Shown here: piece by piece, positions 23,601-36,337 of the stretch
Position numbering within the stretch: position 1 is the stretch's first letter
How the letters are laid out: each line of letters opens with the position of its first letter
Assembly: GCF_032191835.1 (NCBI RefSeq)
Contig: NC_083227.1
Span: forward strand, 62,434,001-62,498,000
Reading direction: 5' to 3'
Source: Heteronotia binoei
Lineage: Eukaryota
Length of the DNA: 64,000 nt
Notes under the pieces: model-generated
Told to the model about the DNA's origin: nothing
The model's database searches: none
What the model saw: the letters and a program-made list of their open reading frames with translations, nothing else
Made by a program: the position numbers and the translations under genes

Positions 23601-25147
23601 TCTGAAATTTCTGGTACATGATAACCTTGTTCAGATTTCAAAGGTCCATAATTAGTCTCAGTCCACCATCCCGTTTGGGGACAATAAAATAATGAGAATA
23701 GAACCCCCCCATTCCTGGCCGCTGGAGGAACCGGTTCTATGGCTTGTTTCTGAAAGAGATTGCTCACTTCCTCTAGCAGAGGTGGGGAAGTAGTTGAAAA
23801 ACCGACTGCGTGGGAATCTGAACATAGTCTGTCTTGTAACCCTCTGTCATAATGGAGAGAACCCAATTGTCTGTGGAGATGGACTCCTATGCAGGTAGGT
23901 GGTGGCAGATGTGGATGGGAGATGCAGCCAATTGTTGTTTAGCCACAGCAAATCCCTCCCTTTGCAGTTTCTTCATCAAAGACCGATTATCTTCACTCAT
24001 AGAGGACAGTACAGGTGTGAGTTGTTGCAAATCGAGTACTGGTAGTGTGCCATACAGGTAGCATAATTAGAAATTTTTACTCCCAAGGCTCCCGCCGAGT
24101 AAAAACGTCTGCCAGCATTATTGATCTTTTTACTCTCTTTGTCAGGAAGGGGGGGGGGGGAGAGTGAGTCTTGCGAGCTTTTGAAGACTGAAGAGACCAC
24201 CACCGAATTGGGCTTGGGGTGACTGAAGAGCACCAGCCTCTTGGACATGATACATGTGGTCTAGATGTCACGAAGAGATTTGTGTGGATGCCAGCTTTAC
24301 CCATGGCTCCTTTACTGCTTGCAAAATGACTCTGGTCACTGGAAGAGCCACAGCTGTTGATGTGTCCCACTGCATGATATCAAACACGGTATCATCAATG
24401 ACCGGCTGCGACTGGACCACTGAGAGCGAAAGAGATTGAGCCATACGCTTCACCAGGTCCCCATACGACTTGAGATCCTCCGAGGGGGATATCGGGAGAT
24501 CCTCCGTGATGTGAAAGTCTGGAGAAGGTTCAGCCTGCGCCTTGTCTGGATCATTGGTACTGACCTCGGAATCTGACGTCGACGAATCCTCTCTCATCTC
24601 AGAGTGTTCCGAGAGAAGCGGGGTCGAAGCGTGCTCAGGTGGGTGAATCAATGCCGACGGGTGGACCTGTGGGTCCCTAGACCTCTCCTTAGGGCTCTCA
24701 GGAGGAATTGCTGCCGATGCCGAGGGTGTGCGACAGATGTGAGAATGATGCGAGACCCTCGAGAAATGAGAAGGTTCGGAGGATGATCCCATTCTGGCAG
24801 ATCGCGAGTTTGGTACCACGGATATGGCGACGGGTATGGATAAGATCCAAATGAGCAAGGCCACTGACAGTGGTCCCACACCGGTGGTGGCAGGAACCTG
24901 CGAAGCACTCGACTCAGCCTCTCTACTCCAAAGATGCCCCGTGCTGGGACGAAGTGGTGCTAGGGGTTCGATCAGCAATGAAGCATCAATCTCTGACACC
25001 GAACTGCTGTCGCTCCGCCGACACGAACCCAACCGAGAAGAACGAGTTTGCTGGGTCAAGTTGATCTCCTGCTCTGACCCCGAAAGGTGGGTTGGTTGTG
25101 ACCCAGGTCTGCCCGACACCGATGGACTTCTCCGGCAGCTGGGGGAT
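20661..25147 (-). mobile_element. DIRS1-like tyrosine-recombinase retrotransposon, 5'-truncated and decayed
   Basis: In order on minus: gag-like region (24000-25120), RT with LDLKDAYFH, FGLCTAPRVFTK and YIDD (22966-23870), RNase H (SDVSIWGWGA, HINYLELLAI, GNTTALCYVNRQG-like), methyltransferase-like domain (LYLFPP), tyrosine recombinase (HSTRA, CKAATWSS..F.KHY; 21056-22000), and terminal inverted repeats. Confidence 0.95.
20670..20978. repeat. Perfect 54-bp inverted repeat at the DIRS 3' end (arms 20670-20723 and 20925-20978)
   Basis: aggttgcttacctgtaactgtagatcttcgagtggtcatctgtgcattcacact is the exact reverse complement of agtgtgaatgcacagatgaccactcgaagatctacagttacaggtaagcaacct. Confidence 0.97.
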
Positions 25148-25560
25148 GCAAGGATTTTTTACAGTAGCGTTCTAATAATGAAATAAATTAGAGAAAGCCT
25201 GGGTAAGTTTGCAGTTTTGTAAAAATCAAACTTGTTGGGAGTAAAACCTTGAGAAAGGTTTAGAGAGGCTCAGTCTGTGCTTTACAATTACAATGTAACA
25301 TTTGTTCACAGAAAACAGTGTATAGTAAAGAAATAAGGCACCATCAGACTACTGCATTCAAAATTAATAAGACAGTCCCAGAGGAAGGATCATAAGGATC
25401 CGAAACAAAAACGGACCAGTTTTGCATCGTCGGACTGTATTGTTTGGAAAGAACCTGATATCATCTTATGGACAGTAGTGAAGTTGTGTGCTTTGGATGG
25501 TATTTGTCACTGAATTTGTCACTGAAATTTATATTGTAATACTATGTTGTGAATGGAAAG
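25148..25560 (+). mobile_element. Probable continuation and 3' end of the LINE interrupted by the DIRS element
   Basis: Resumes as ARIFYSS, which fits the expected ILRFF.. after SATKSMGT at 20660, then a decayed Cys-containing C-terminus and an AT-rich tail. Confidence 0.4.
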
Positions 25561-25639
25561 TATTGCAATTATATTTTGATATTGTTTGTAACACGGAGAG
25601 TATCTTTTCTGTCATTTCCTTCTGCATAACAACTTACTT

Positions 25640-26132
25640 TGCCAGGCTTGCTCAATTGCGCAGGAGCTACAGAGCAAAATATTTTCTCCATTGGCTGAGG
25701 CTCTTCCCTTGGAGGGGAAGGGGAGGAGGGATAGCTTGCTTTGCCAGGCTCTCTCAATCACACAGCAGAGCTACTAAGCCAAGCCTCTCTTCCTTCTTTT
25801 GGCTGAGGCTCCTCCTCCTCGTCCCCTAGGGAAGTAAGGAAAGAGCCAGAGCTTCTTTTGCCCAGTTCCCTGGATCCCATGGGAGAAATACAAAGAAAGC
25901 ACCTTTATGACCAATGAATGCTAATATTTTAAGAATGTTTTAAAGGTTTTTTTAGAATATATATATTTCTGTTTGTCTGTGTCCTTTATAAAGTTTATAT
26001 CTCTGCTACCTAATCTTACATAGGTACAAACATGGCCCAGTCCAATATGGCCCAGCCCGACATGGCCCCCGGCCTGACAAGGTCTCACTTATATCAGATT
26101 TGGCCTATATAACAAATGAGTTCAACACCCCC
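25640..26132 (+). mobile_element. hAT-type non-autonomous element, right part
   Basis: Ends gagttcaacacccc (reverse complement of a GGGGTGTCGAAC-type hAT TIR) and shares its internal block with 5830-6010. Confidence 0.55.
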
Positions 26133-26284
26133 AGGCTAGATGAACCACTGGTCTGATTCAACAGGGCTCTTCTTAAGCTCAGACATTACACTACCTTGGC
26201 AAATAGGTCAATTCTTATTATTTAAAAATGTGCAAGACCTGGTCCTCAAAAACAAGAAAGCTACTGAAGAAAATGGCAGCCTCT

Positions 26285-26315
<31 letters not shown>

Positions 26316-26567
26316 CGCCTCTGCTATAATTTGGAGCCACCATACGTCAACAAGACCATGTATGCAAACTTGTAATCTGAGTACAAACCAACATGTGTTT
26401 ATTTGGTTCAGTTGTACTTTAGAAAAGGCCACTCAAGTTCCATTTCCCCTTGATCTCAGCTATATATCATTATGCTGACAGCAAAAGCATGCACATGCCA
26501 TTAGATTATTTCTCCAATATTTGTAAAAAGAGCCAAAAAGCTAATATACATATTAAACAAGTATAGC

Positions 26568-26765
26568 CAGGACTTTTTTTGTTTTGTTTTCTTTTGTAGC
26601 AGGAGTTCCTTTGTATATTAGGCCACGCACTCCTGATGTAGCCAATCCTTCCAAGAGCTTACAGGGTTCTTAGTACAGGGCCTACTGTAAGCTCCAGGAG
26701 GATTGGCTACAGCAGGGGTGTGTGGCCTAATATGCAAAGGAGTTCCTGCTACAGAAAAAGCCCTA
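26568..26765. mobile_element. Palindromic hAT MITE (same family as 54596-54775)
   Basis: Long self-complementary arms; decayed flanks agtatagc / ggtacagc. Confidence 0.85.
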
Positions 26766-27599
26766 GGTACAGCAAGTGTTTTTAAAAAGAATGACCAGAT
26801 ATGGCTTAAACAGTCAAGTTGATCAGCTGCTCTGAAACACCTCAGAAAGTTTTATATTAGCAGTGAGACACAAGGAACTGAAGAAGTGAAACCAAGGGAA
26901 ATGCATCCAACATGTTGGGGTTCTAGATTTCGTTTGCTGTCTTTGAGCATCATATTTCCATAGGCTCAAATGTCTCTCTTCTATTTTATTCCATAAAGAC
27001 AGTTTTCAAGGTTATATTTAAAACATACCAAGCAAGTATCAAAAACTCTTACTCATCCATCAAGCCATGGAACAGTTTTATCCTTTTCTTTCATAAACTA
27101 TTACGATTTAAATGACAAGCCAAAAGCAACTCAAAGCAGAAAATAACACATTGGCAACACTAACTTGAAATAAGTCCATCTGTTAGAATGCAAAAGAGAT
27201 CAAGGTTTATAAGCAAAGATCAGCAACAATTTTCCTCCAAAACTGAACAAATCACATCACAAACGTACAGACAGATCTTGAAATGCATGTCTATTGCTTC
27301 AGGTTGATGTACTGGGGAATGTTTTAGAATGATTCATCCATTTTAAAGCACACTGACATCCCTTCTATACTGCTGTTAACACAATGGATTCCATGGTACT
27401 ACTAAGCTGCAAAATAAGACTATATTCACCAGTCACCATTAACTTTCTTGACTGCCTCTTTTAGATACTGGGTTTCCCCCCTTGCTATATAGGCACCAAT
27501 GGTGGACCACTATTGCAAATATAGGCATTTGGCACGTAATAGTAGTGCCAAGTAGTGGATGATTTATTAGGAACAGAGAGAGTCTCTGACAGGCAATTT

Positions 27600-28430
27600 C
27601 ACTGCATGGTGACTTGCTTGTTTGGTGTGAAGACAGTAGACACTACACACTTTCTGATAGGTTGATAGTGCTTGAGAGGAATTAGCAGTTGTAGAACCAA
27701 TGTTGGTTCCAATGACATTGCAAAATGCAGCTGTATGGTCCTGGAGGGGAGTGGGAAAGATTATTAGGCAGAAAGTTAAAGACTAGGACCTCAAAGGCAG
27801 CTTTCTCAGATTTGCTACCAGTTCCAAGTGCAGGCCTAGCTAGACAAACACAGCACAGGGATGTCAATGCGTGGATGAGATAATGATACTGAAGGCCTAG
27901 ATTTCTTAGGCACTGGGGAATTTTCTGGAACAAGCCAAACCTGCACAAAATAGACTTGAACCAAAAGGGAACCAGGCTGCTGCTGATTAATACCAATAAG
28001 GTGGTAGAGCAACTTTTACACTGATCCCAGAAGGAAAGCCAACAGGAGCTAGGGAGCCTCTGGTACTGGACCAGTCAAGTCTGAAAGGATGATTGTGTAA
28101 ACACTCAAAGTAATATTGATAGGAACATATTAGAACCTGGGAGTAAGGGTAGGATGGTGGAGGAGAACCATGCATGGAGACAAAAGGTACAAGGGAGGCA
28201 AGGGTTGCTGGAGAGGGAAACACATTATACATGTCTATGTGCCAATGCTAGAAGTCAAAATAGCCTAGCTGGAGTGTTTGGTGCACAATGACAATTTATA
28301 TATAATGTGTATCTCATACATGGTGGAACGGGGAAAATCTATTGGATACAGTCAGTCTTGGTCATAAGCTCTATAGGTAGAAAAGGGAGATGGTCTCTTT
28401 ATGGGGAGGAGGTGTCCGGCAGAGGAGAAG
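27600..28430 (+). mobile_element. Old CR1 remnant: ORF1 esterase C-terminus and ORF2 endonuclease start
   Basis: Across frameshifts: VGSNDI, LGRKLKTRTSKAAFSDLLPVP, VNAWMR, RHWGIFW, LNQKGTRLL, then CANARS..LECLV..WWNGEN..GHKLYR. Confidence 0.75.
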
Positions 28431-29154
28431 CATGGCTCCTCTGGCCTGCCCTCTTCACCTTCTGCCAGTGGTGGACATTTGCCTCTGCCTCAACTCATGG
28501 CTCTCATTGGTCCTGCCTGCCCTATATATCATGCTGCCCCTCACCTTGCAAGAGCATCAGAACAGAACGCTGCAGCAGAATCTCCATGGACACCACTGTA
28601 GCAGCGGATGGCAACATTGCTGGGACACCTTTTTCCCATTCTGCTGCCATGTAACCAAAAGAGGTACCATAACTCTCAAGAGAGAAACGAAGGAGAAATA
28701 CACAGGGTTATTTGAAATAATATTATTTTCATGTGCTATGGACTTACCTCTACTTTAAAGCTGTTTCCAAACTTTAGACATGTCACCAACTTCCTCAGTT
28801 CTTGGCTGGATCAAAGACTGTCAAGGGAGGTCCCCTTTCACACTCACTGTAGAAAATACCTATTGTATTGAGTGTGTGCCAAATCCGAGACAGTTCCTTG
28901 GGCATTTCTTCCCTGAATGGCTTGAATGGCTGCTGGGGGGGGGAGCCGCCTTCATATAGGCTAGAGTTGATTTTATCTCCATCCTGCTACATTCCCCCAG
29001 AAAAAAAGCCCTGCATGTAACTATCCCCTTAGGGAGGTGAATGGAGACACTGTAGCTGTGCTGCAGCTTGCCGCCTCAACACTGGCGCAGCTCAGGATTG
29101 TTCCACCCATTTGTTCATAAAGTGTCTGGAACTAGGGATGAACAGTGTAGTGGC

Positions 29155-29775
29155 TCAGTGCAGATGACACAAAATTATTCAGAGTGGTGAAAACTAAGGG
29201 TTACGTTGAAGATCTCCAGGATCCCCCTAACCATGTGAAAAATGAAGTTCAGTGTAGGTCAGTGTAAGATGATGCACATTTGAACAAAAAAAAAAAAAAT
29301 TCCCAACTTCGATTTGAATTTGCTGAGCTTGAGGGGGGAGGGAAATTTTGGGGTCATAATAGAGAGATCAGTGAAAGTGTCATCCCAGCATGCTGCAGCA
29401 ATAAAAAAGCAATTTTTATGTTGGAGATTAAGAAAACAATTGAAAATGCCCTGATATGGATAGCCCAAGCAAGCCCAATTTCGTCTGATCTTGGAAGCTA
29501 AGCAGGACCGACCCTGGCAAGTACTTCAATGGGAAATCTCCAAATACCAAGGCCAGATGGAGGGGCAGGCAAAAGCAAGCCACCTTTCTGAAAGTCCAAG
29601 CCCCAGTAGAGTTCGCCAGCAGTCAACCATGACTTCTAGGAAAGCATGTGTGTGCGCGCACATGCACACACACACAATACTCACAAAAATAGATAAGAAT
29701 TGAAAATTAAAAGGCCAGTATTATAATGCCCCTGTATAATTCTACATTATAGCCTCATTTGGAATACTGTCTGCT
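29155..29775 (+). mobile_element. Old CR1 RT fragment interrupted by a 5S-derived SINE
   Basis: ADDTKLFRVVKT at 29160. After the SINE, attgaaaat..ataatgcccctgtata..catttggaatactgt matches the other CR1 copies. Confidence 0.75.
29448..29697 (+). mobile_element. 5S rRNA-derived SINE (5S-Sauria-like)
   Basis: gcccaatttcgtctgatcttggaagctaagcagg...cctgg matches the 5S rRNA internal region. (CA)n tail and a 10-bp TSD AATTGAAAAT at 29438-29447 and 29698-29707. Confidence 0.85.
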
Positions 29776-29778
29776 TTT

Positions 29779-31085
29779 ATCCAGATGAGTTAGCCATGTT
29801 AGTTGCAGCAAAATAGTAGAGTGCAATCCAGGCTGAATGCGACCACTTCCTCCTATTGATTAATCCGAATGGAATACCTGAAAAGGAAAATCAGTTACTT
29901 CTGGTAATGAGACAACCATTCGAAGTCCCCATTCAATTCTGCAGTTTCCCATTGGATTTTGATTTTGAACTGTTTCTGTTGAACTATGGTGACCTTTAAG
30001 TCCTTGATAGAATGTCCTGGAAATTGAAGTGTTCTCTTACTGGTTTCTGGATATTACCATTTTTTGTCAGATTTGCGTCCATTTATTCCTTTGTCTATAG
30101 GTTGGCTGGTTTAGCCAGAGCAGAGGGGCATTGTTGACATATGAGAGGATAGATCACACTGGAGGATGAGCAGCTGTAAAAGTTAGAGATTGTGTAGCTG
30201 GCATCATTGAGCCCTGTAACTGTATTTTCTGGGCAGAGTTGGTATTTGGGTCTGTTGCAAGGTCTGGTTCCTGTGTTGGTGACTCTGTTAGATGGGCCAT
30301 GGTTGTTAGTGAGCAGTTGTTTAAGATTGGGGGGCTGTGTGTAGGCAAGGAGAGGTCTTCCACCCAGGGTTTGTGTGAGAGAGGCATTGTTTTCCAGGAT
30401 GGGCTGTAGATCACCAGTGACACATTAGAGTGATTTGAGCTGGGAACTATAGGTGACAACCAGTGGAGTTCCGTTGTTGGTTCTTTTTGGTTTGTCCTGA
30501 AGTAGGCTGTTTCTGGGTACTAGTTTGGCCCAGTCAATTTGTTTCCTTACTTGATTTGGTGGACACTGTAGTCCCAAAAATGCTTGTAAATCCCTTAAGT
30601 GAGAGTCCCAATCAAGCGTATTGGAGCAGGTACAATAAAAACATAAAGCTTGGCTGTAGACAAGAGTAGTATGTTTTGGGGACATGGAGATTTGCGCATC
30701 TGTCAGTGGGTTTCCAGTATAAGGTGGTGTTTATCTGTCCATCATATAGTTGTACAGAGGTATCCAGAAAGTGTACATGTTGTGTAGAGTGGTCCAGGCT
30801 CAGGTTGATGGTGGGGTGGAAGTTGCTGAAGTCCTGGTCCCATGGGCCCAAATGATGAAGATGTCAGCCAATAACCTTAAGTACATGAATGGGTTTAGTA
30901 AATGGGAGCTGAGGAAGAGTTGCTCCAAGTCTGCCATGAATATGTTGGCATACTGTGGTGCCTTGTGTGTGTCCATGGCTGTGCCACTGACCTGTAGACA
31001 GGGCTGGCATGTTCCAGTCAGCCAGGTAGGCAGCTGCCTAAGGCATACTGGCACTTGTTGATCTACTGCAAACCAACACAGCAAC
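29779..31085 (-). mobile_element. Penelope-like element remnant (RT C-terminal part + GIY-YIG endonuclease)
   Basis: GTAMDTHKAPQYANIFMADLE...YLRLLADIFIIW, HFLDTSV, TTLYWKPTD, VYSQAL and PLVVTY motifs, then a decayed GIY-YIG region (RINGRKSD..KPVREHFNFPGH). Confidence 0.88.
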
Positions 31086-31599
31086 CCACCTGAAATTGCT
31101 GAAACCAATGGGGCTTAAAAGTACTAATTTGGCAAGCCCCATATGCTCAGTATTTTCAATCCGGGGTTGACCCCTAAAATGCGTGCATAGTTTTATCAAT
31201 ATGGTATACTATAAGTACATTCTGCACTGCATTAATGCATCACAGAGTTGAAGCATTTTGTAATTAACAGTGTACAACACCATCCAGGAATGCATTTCAG
31301 TAGTCTGTGATCAACTCCTGCTATCCAGGTAGCTCTAGTCTGGATAGCAAAGTGCCTTGATGCATTGGGAATCTTCAAAGCGAACACAGTTTGTTTCATC
31401 ACTGAAACAGAAGAAACATGTATTCTGAAATTGTAACATTTCCGTTGACCTAAATATAATGTAAAGACACAGCTGGTGATATTTTCTTGACTATGAGAAA
31501 AAATTAAAAGTTTAGTATGCTGTGTAATGTGTTGTGGCTTGGTTTAACTTGTAATTGCAGTGTAGTTTTTGTAGTCACTAAATATACATGCCATCCTTC

Positions 31600-32060
31600 A
31601 CTCATTCACCACCCTTGCTCTCTTTCTACTTCCCCCCCTCCCACACACACACTTGGCACTCCACTACCCCTTCATCTCTCCCCTTCCTGTTCCTTTGCTT
31701 TCTCCATCCTATTTAACAAACTTTTCCCTCTTTCTTCTCCCTCCCCTTATCTGTCAGCATTCCTTCACTCTATTTCTTCTCCTTACCTTCTCTGACAATC
31801 ATCCCATTCCTCCACCATTGCTAATTCCCCTCTCCTACCACCCCTTCTCTATCTCTCTGTTCTTCCTTTCCCCACTCCTCTTATTTATGCCTCCATATGT
31901 TTTCTTTCTTTCTCTTCTCCTCCCCCCACCAAGCCAATATTCTTTCTTGACTTTTCTGTCTCCCCCCCCTACCAATTTTGCCTTCTTCTTTCTCTCCAAA
32001 GTCAATCCTCCCTTTTTTCTCTCTCCCCTAAGGCAATCTCTCCTCCTTTCTCTTTCTCTC
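31600..32060. repeat. Polypyrimidine (CT-rich) low-complexity tract
   Basis: About 450 bp almost devoid of G on the + strand. Confidence 0.9.
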
Positions 32061-34734
32061 TGGGAGGCAGAACATCAGTTCTCTGTGGGTCAGCAGACCC
32101 AGGCCAGGAAGGGTTGGGCAACATCAGCCTCCCCTCTACCAGCTTCAGTGTTGTCTCTCTGAGTGCAAGGAGGCTCTCCTATCACAGCTTGAGTGGTGTC
32201 CTGCTGACTGAAAGGGGGTTTGGTCTCCTGGGAGGGACCTGGCAATGACTCTGGCTGTGGCTCTGGCAGCATCCTGTTGGCTGTGGGGAGGTTATGGGAG
32301 GGACCCACTGGTGGCGGATTCTGGGGTGTCCTGCTGGCTACAGGGAGACAGAACACTGAAAGCTGGTAAGACCATTGTGGGGGGCATTTGGGAGGAATTT
32401 AAACCACCATTTTTAAAAAAAGTTTTCAGATTTTTCTGCAAACCTGGGGAGTGCCCTAAGTGTACAGGAAAATCTCTTTACCCTCCACGTGATCCCTATC
32501 TCCAGAAATAAGGGGGCATGCTGAGAATTAGATATACAAATAAAGGGTGATAGGCGTAATTTAATTCAGTTCCTACTCACACTCGATTTTCCATTAGTTC
32601 CTTTGTAGCATTATTTCCCTGGAATATATTTATCACCATAATATATGTATAAATTGCATGAAATGCCATTATAAGATGTTTTCATATCAACGACCTACAT
32701 GCAGCCCTAAGCAGAACTACATCCTTCCATTTAAGTAAATGGGCTTAGAAGGGTGTTAATTTGATTATGATTGCACTGTAAGTAGTGGATGTCATAAAAA
32801 CAAAAGACATATCAATGACAGCAATTAAAATCAGGGAGACTGAAGGTCAGGATAAATTATAGCCTAGGAAATAGAGAGAATATGGCCTTATTGGTTTCTT
32901 ATTGGTTACTTAAAGCAAACTAAGAGTTTAATGTTTGCTCCTTGATTTGTAACTAAAAAAGTTTTCAGACATAAGAGTTAAGATACACACAATAGACTGA
33001 ATGCATTTATCCGAAGAAGTGTTCCCTGCAAGTCATATGTTATTATTAAAGCTGGCAGCAAATTAATAACCTAAAATGTTTTTCTTCAATGAATAATTTG
33101 TAAAAAGTATTAACTAAAATTACAGTCTGCAAGAGACATAATATTCTTCAAATTAAATCTCTTGTTCCTCAAATGCTGGTGGCTCATTCTTTTGACATTA
33201 TATTAGTCACCGTAAATTGTTCATTTCACACCAAAGCTAATCAGATTAATAGGAAGTATTACTATGACCAGCATAGTTTTATATGAATATCAGAAGATAG
33301 CCATTGCTCGCCATACATAATAAAACTTTATTCATCATGACCTCATAAATCTCTTTAAAGCACTCACATTCTAGCTTTCACTACTAATTTATATGGCCTA
33401 GTTTTGAGATACATCTCTGAAGCCTGGGGTCACAATGAATGGGGGGGGGGGAGCTTGAACTTTTTTTTTTGCTGAGGAAATTAAAAGAGCAAGATTAGAA
33501 ATAATACACATGGTTTAGATCCAATGCAAAATTTCCACTTGTGGTAGACCTCTGTATAAGTGGAAACAGGACAAGACCACAGTAGCCAATTGTGCTAAAT
33601 CAAACATAATGTATTCCACTTATACTTCTGCTTGCACAAAATCTTTTGCAACCAATTTCTGGGAACTATAATATATGAGGAAAGTGGTGTTTGTTGCACA
33701 AGATCTTGTGGAAGCAGAACTACATTAACTCCATTAATGATTCCATTTGCACATTGCTGGATCCAAACCATGATCTACTTGAATTGCGGCAAACAGTATT
33801 ACATCACTCAAATATAACTCTAAGTAGGTTCGTCATTATTATGCATTTTCCTCTGCCACACTCTCTCTGGAGTTCAAAAGTATTGTAAGAGTGACAGGTC
33901 TGGCAAAACTACCGCCATCGGATGGATTTAGAGTCCTGAGTACCACAGCGAGCATAAATTACTTAACAGCTTATTCCAAACCCTAAGAATTACAATTCTC
34001 CAGTGACAGCAAACACAAAGATTTGACTTGGCTACCGTTAAATGACTTCAGGTATTTTTTTTTAATGATATATTATTTTGAGGCATCGGTATCTCTAACA
34101 GATGAATGAAACTTCTTCTTTCAAAACAATTATATTTTTCATAAACAATGTTATGGTATCATAAAGAGCTCAGGGCACAATTGTAAGAATGAAAAAATCT
34201 GTAAATACAGACTATTATGATTTGAATCCATTGCAAGGAACAGGACCTTTATCACAGCTGTTCCAAGACTGTAGAACAATCTTCCCAATGGTTTTTCACA
34301 GGGATGCTGCAAAATTTACTGAAAACACACTCAACAATCACACTTACAATATTCAAAGGACATGATCACACATGAGCCAATCACTTGATTGGTTCAGTCC
34401 ATGCCAAGCAATTGTGAATGACTACATCAATCTGTTTTTTTCATCCCCCCCAAAAAAACTGCATATGCTGCTGATTCAAACTAATAATCAGCCATTAGCA
34501 TCACTAAGGACTACTCTGCTGAATGCTGAAGGATAGGATTTTATTGAAACACAACATTTATTGATGACTGATTTATATGATTTGTAAGTGATGTAACTCT
34601 CTATTTAAATTACTGCCTGCTTAGTGTAGCAGTTATGCAGCAAGAAATGGGGGTAAGTAGAGCTCAACTGGGTTGTGTGAGAGCACACAGACATGAAAAC
34701 CCAGTTGCACTGTGTTGCATGTAACATAAGGAAT

Positions 34735-35000
34735 AGAAGAAGATAAAGATATTGGATTTATACCCTGCCCTTCACTCTGAATCTCAGAGTGGCTTACAAT
34801 CTCCTTTATCTTCTTCCCCCACAACAGACACCCTGTAAGGTGGGTGGGGCTCAGAGAGCTCTCACAGAAGCTGCTCTATCAAAGACAGCTCTACAAGAGC
34901 TATGGCTAACCCAAGGCCATTCCAGCATCTGCAAGCAGAGTGGGGAATCAAACCGGGTTCTCCCAGATAAGAGTCCATGCACTTAACCACTACACCAAAC
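34735..35000 (-). mobile_element. Squam3-type SINE
   Basis: Reverse complement closely matches 59359-59643. Confidence 0.9.
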
Positions 35001-35461
35001 CATACAGCAACACAACCTGTCTTACATTCATGAACAATGTACTATCAAGCTGACTGTCAAAAAAATCAAGTTTCTGTTTGTAACTAGCCAAAAGGGCACA
35101 AGCCAAGTTGGTGGGTTTTCATGCATCCCTAGTTTTCCAGAGAGTTATGTTATGTTCCCATGTTACTGTGCTGATGGATCTACTTCTTAACTATTTTTGA
35201 TATTTTATTTCCTGTTGAAATCTTCCTTGAAGCTTGAAGAGGTGTAGAAATATTTTATATTAATAAATAAACTGGATACAAATATTTAGATGGCTTGCTT
35301 CTCTGAGTTGATTAAAACATAAACTTGAAATGCCCTGGAATTAAGCCCCACAAAAAGTACTGTCAGAGTTTGATCTCAGTGTACTTGTATAACATTGGTA
35401 ATATTACTAACGGTAAAGATGCAACTAGACTGACAGTACAGTTGTGAAAAGATGCAACTTA

Positions 35462-36337
35462 TAGGGGCGTGCACAAATAAAACTGTTGTTTTTTTTTTAA
35501 AAAAAATGGACATATTGGACCTACAAAATTCAGGGTTCCTGAAAAAAATCTGAATTCCAATACCAGGATGATTGGATTTTTTCAACAGAAATCTCTTTTT
35601 TTCCCCAGCTTCATTATAATCTATGGCTCCATTATAGTCAATGGGGATTTATCTGGGGGTATCAAGGGGCCAGGGGACTGGGAGGGGGGTTAGGAAGAGG
35701 CACAAAAAATTCAGCATAGCTTCTGGTGACTCCCCTTAAAAGACCCCCTAAGTTACAAAAAGATTGGACCAGGGGGTCACATTATGTGGGCCCCCAATGA
35801 AGGTGCCCCCATCCGCCAATGTTTCCAATGGTGAGAGGAAGCAAAAAAACCAGACTGATGTCAAATCAGAGAGTCTGTTCAGTAGAAACTGAAGGTGGAA
35901 GGGGATTTTTCCAAACCCAGCAGAACCAGTGCATGTACAGAGTGTCCAGCAGAACCAGCACCACTGTAGCAATGCCAGCTCAACAAATCCAAGCTCAACA
36001 AATCCATTGAAACAGCAGCTCCTAGGGCTGGCATCGTAAAAAAAAAATTGGTATTTTTCTTCTCAAGTATAGTGGACTCAGAAAAAAAAACGNNNNNNNN
36101 NNNNNNNNNNNNNNNNNNNNNNNNNNNNNNNNNNNNNNNNNNNNNNNNNNNNNNNNNNNNNNNNNNNNNNNNNNNNNNNNNNNNNNNNNNNNNNNNNNNN
36201 NNNNNNNNNNNNNNNNNNNNNNNNNNNNNNNNNNNNNNNNNNNNNNNNNNNNNNNNNNNNNNNNNNNNNTATTTTTTCCCCTGGACCAACTGACCCAAAC
36301 TGAAAAATGGCAGTTAAAAAAATACTGCACAGACCTA
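35462..36337. mobile_element. hAT-type non-autonomous element (TAGGGGCGTGCA...TGCACAGACCTA ends), contains an N gap
   Basis: Ends resemble those of 50103-50795, and the internal module is shared with 55160-55440. No TSD found; a SINE abuts the right end. Confidence 0.55.

Noticed and set aside
24268-25119. 283-aa ORF as a host gene
   Set aside because: It is the gag-like ORF of the DIRS element, collinear with its RT and recombinase.
29448-29560. Functional 5S rRNA gene (also 36440-36556), or tRNA genes at SINE heads
   Set aside because: They are diverged, lack correct ends and are fused to SINE bodies with tails and TSDs.
31653-32162. 169-aa Leu/Pro/Ser/Phe-rich ORF
   Set aside because: Artefact of the CT-rich low-complexity tract; no domain or splice support.
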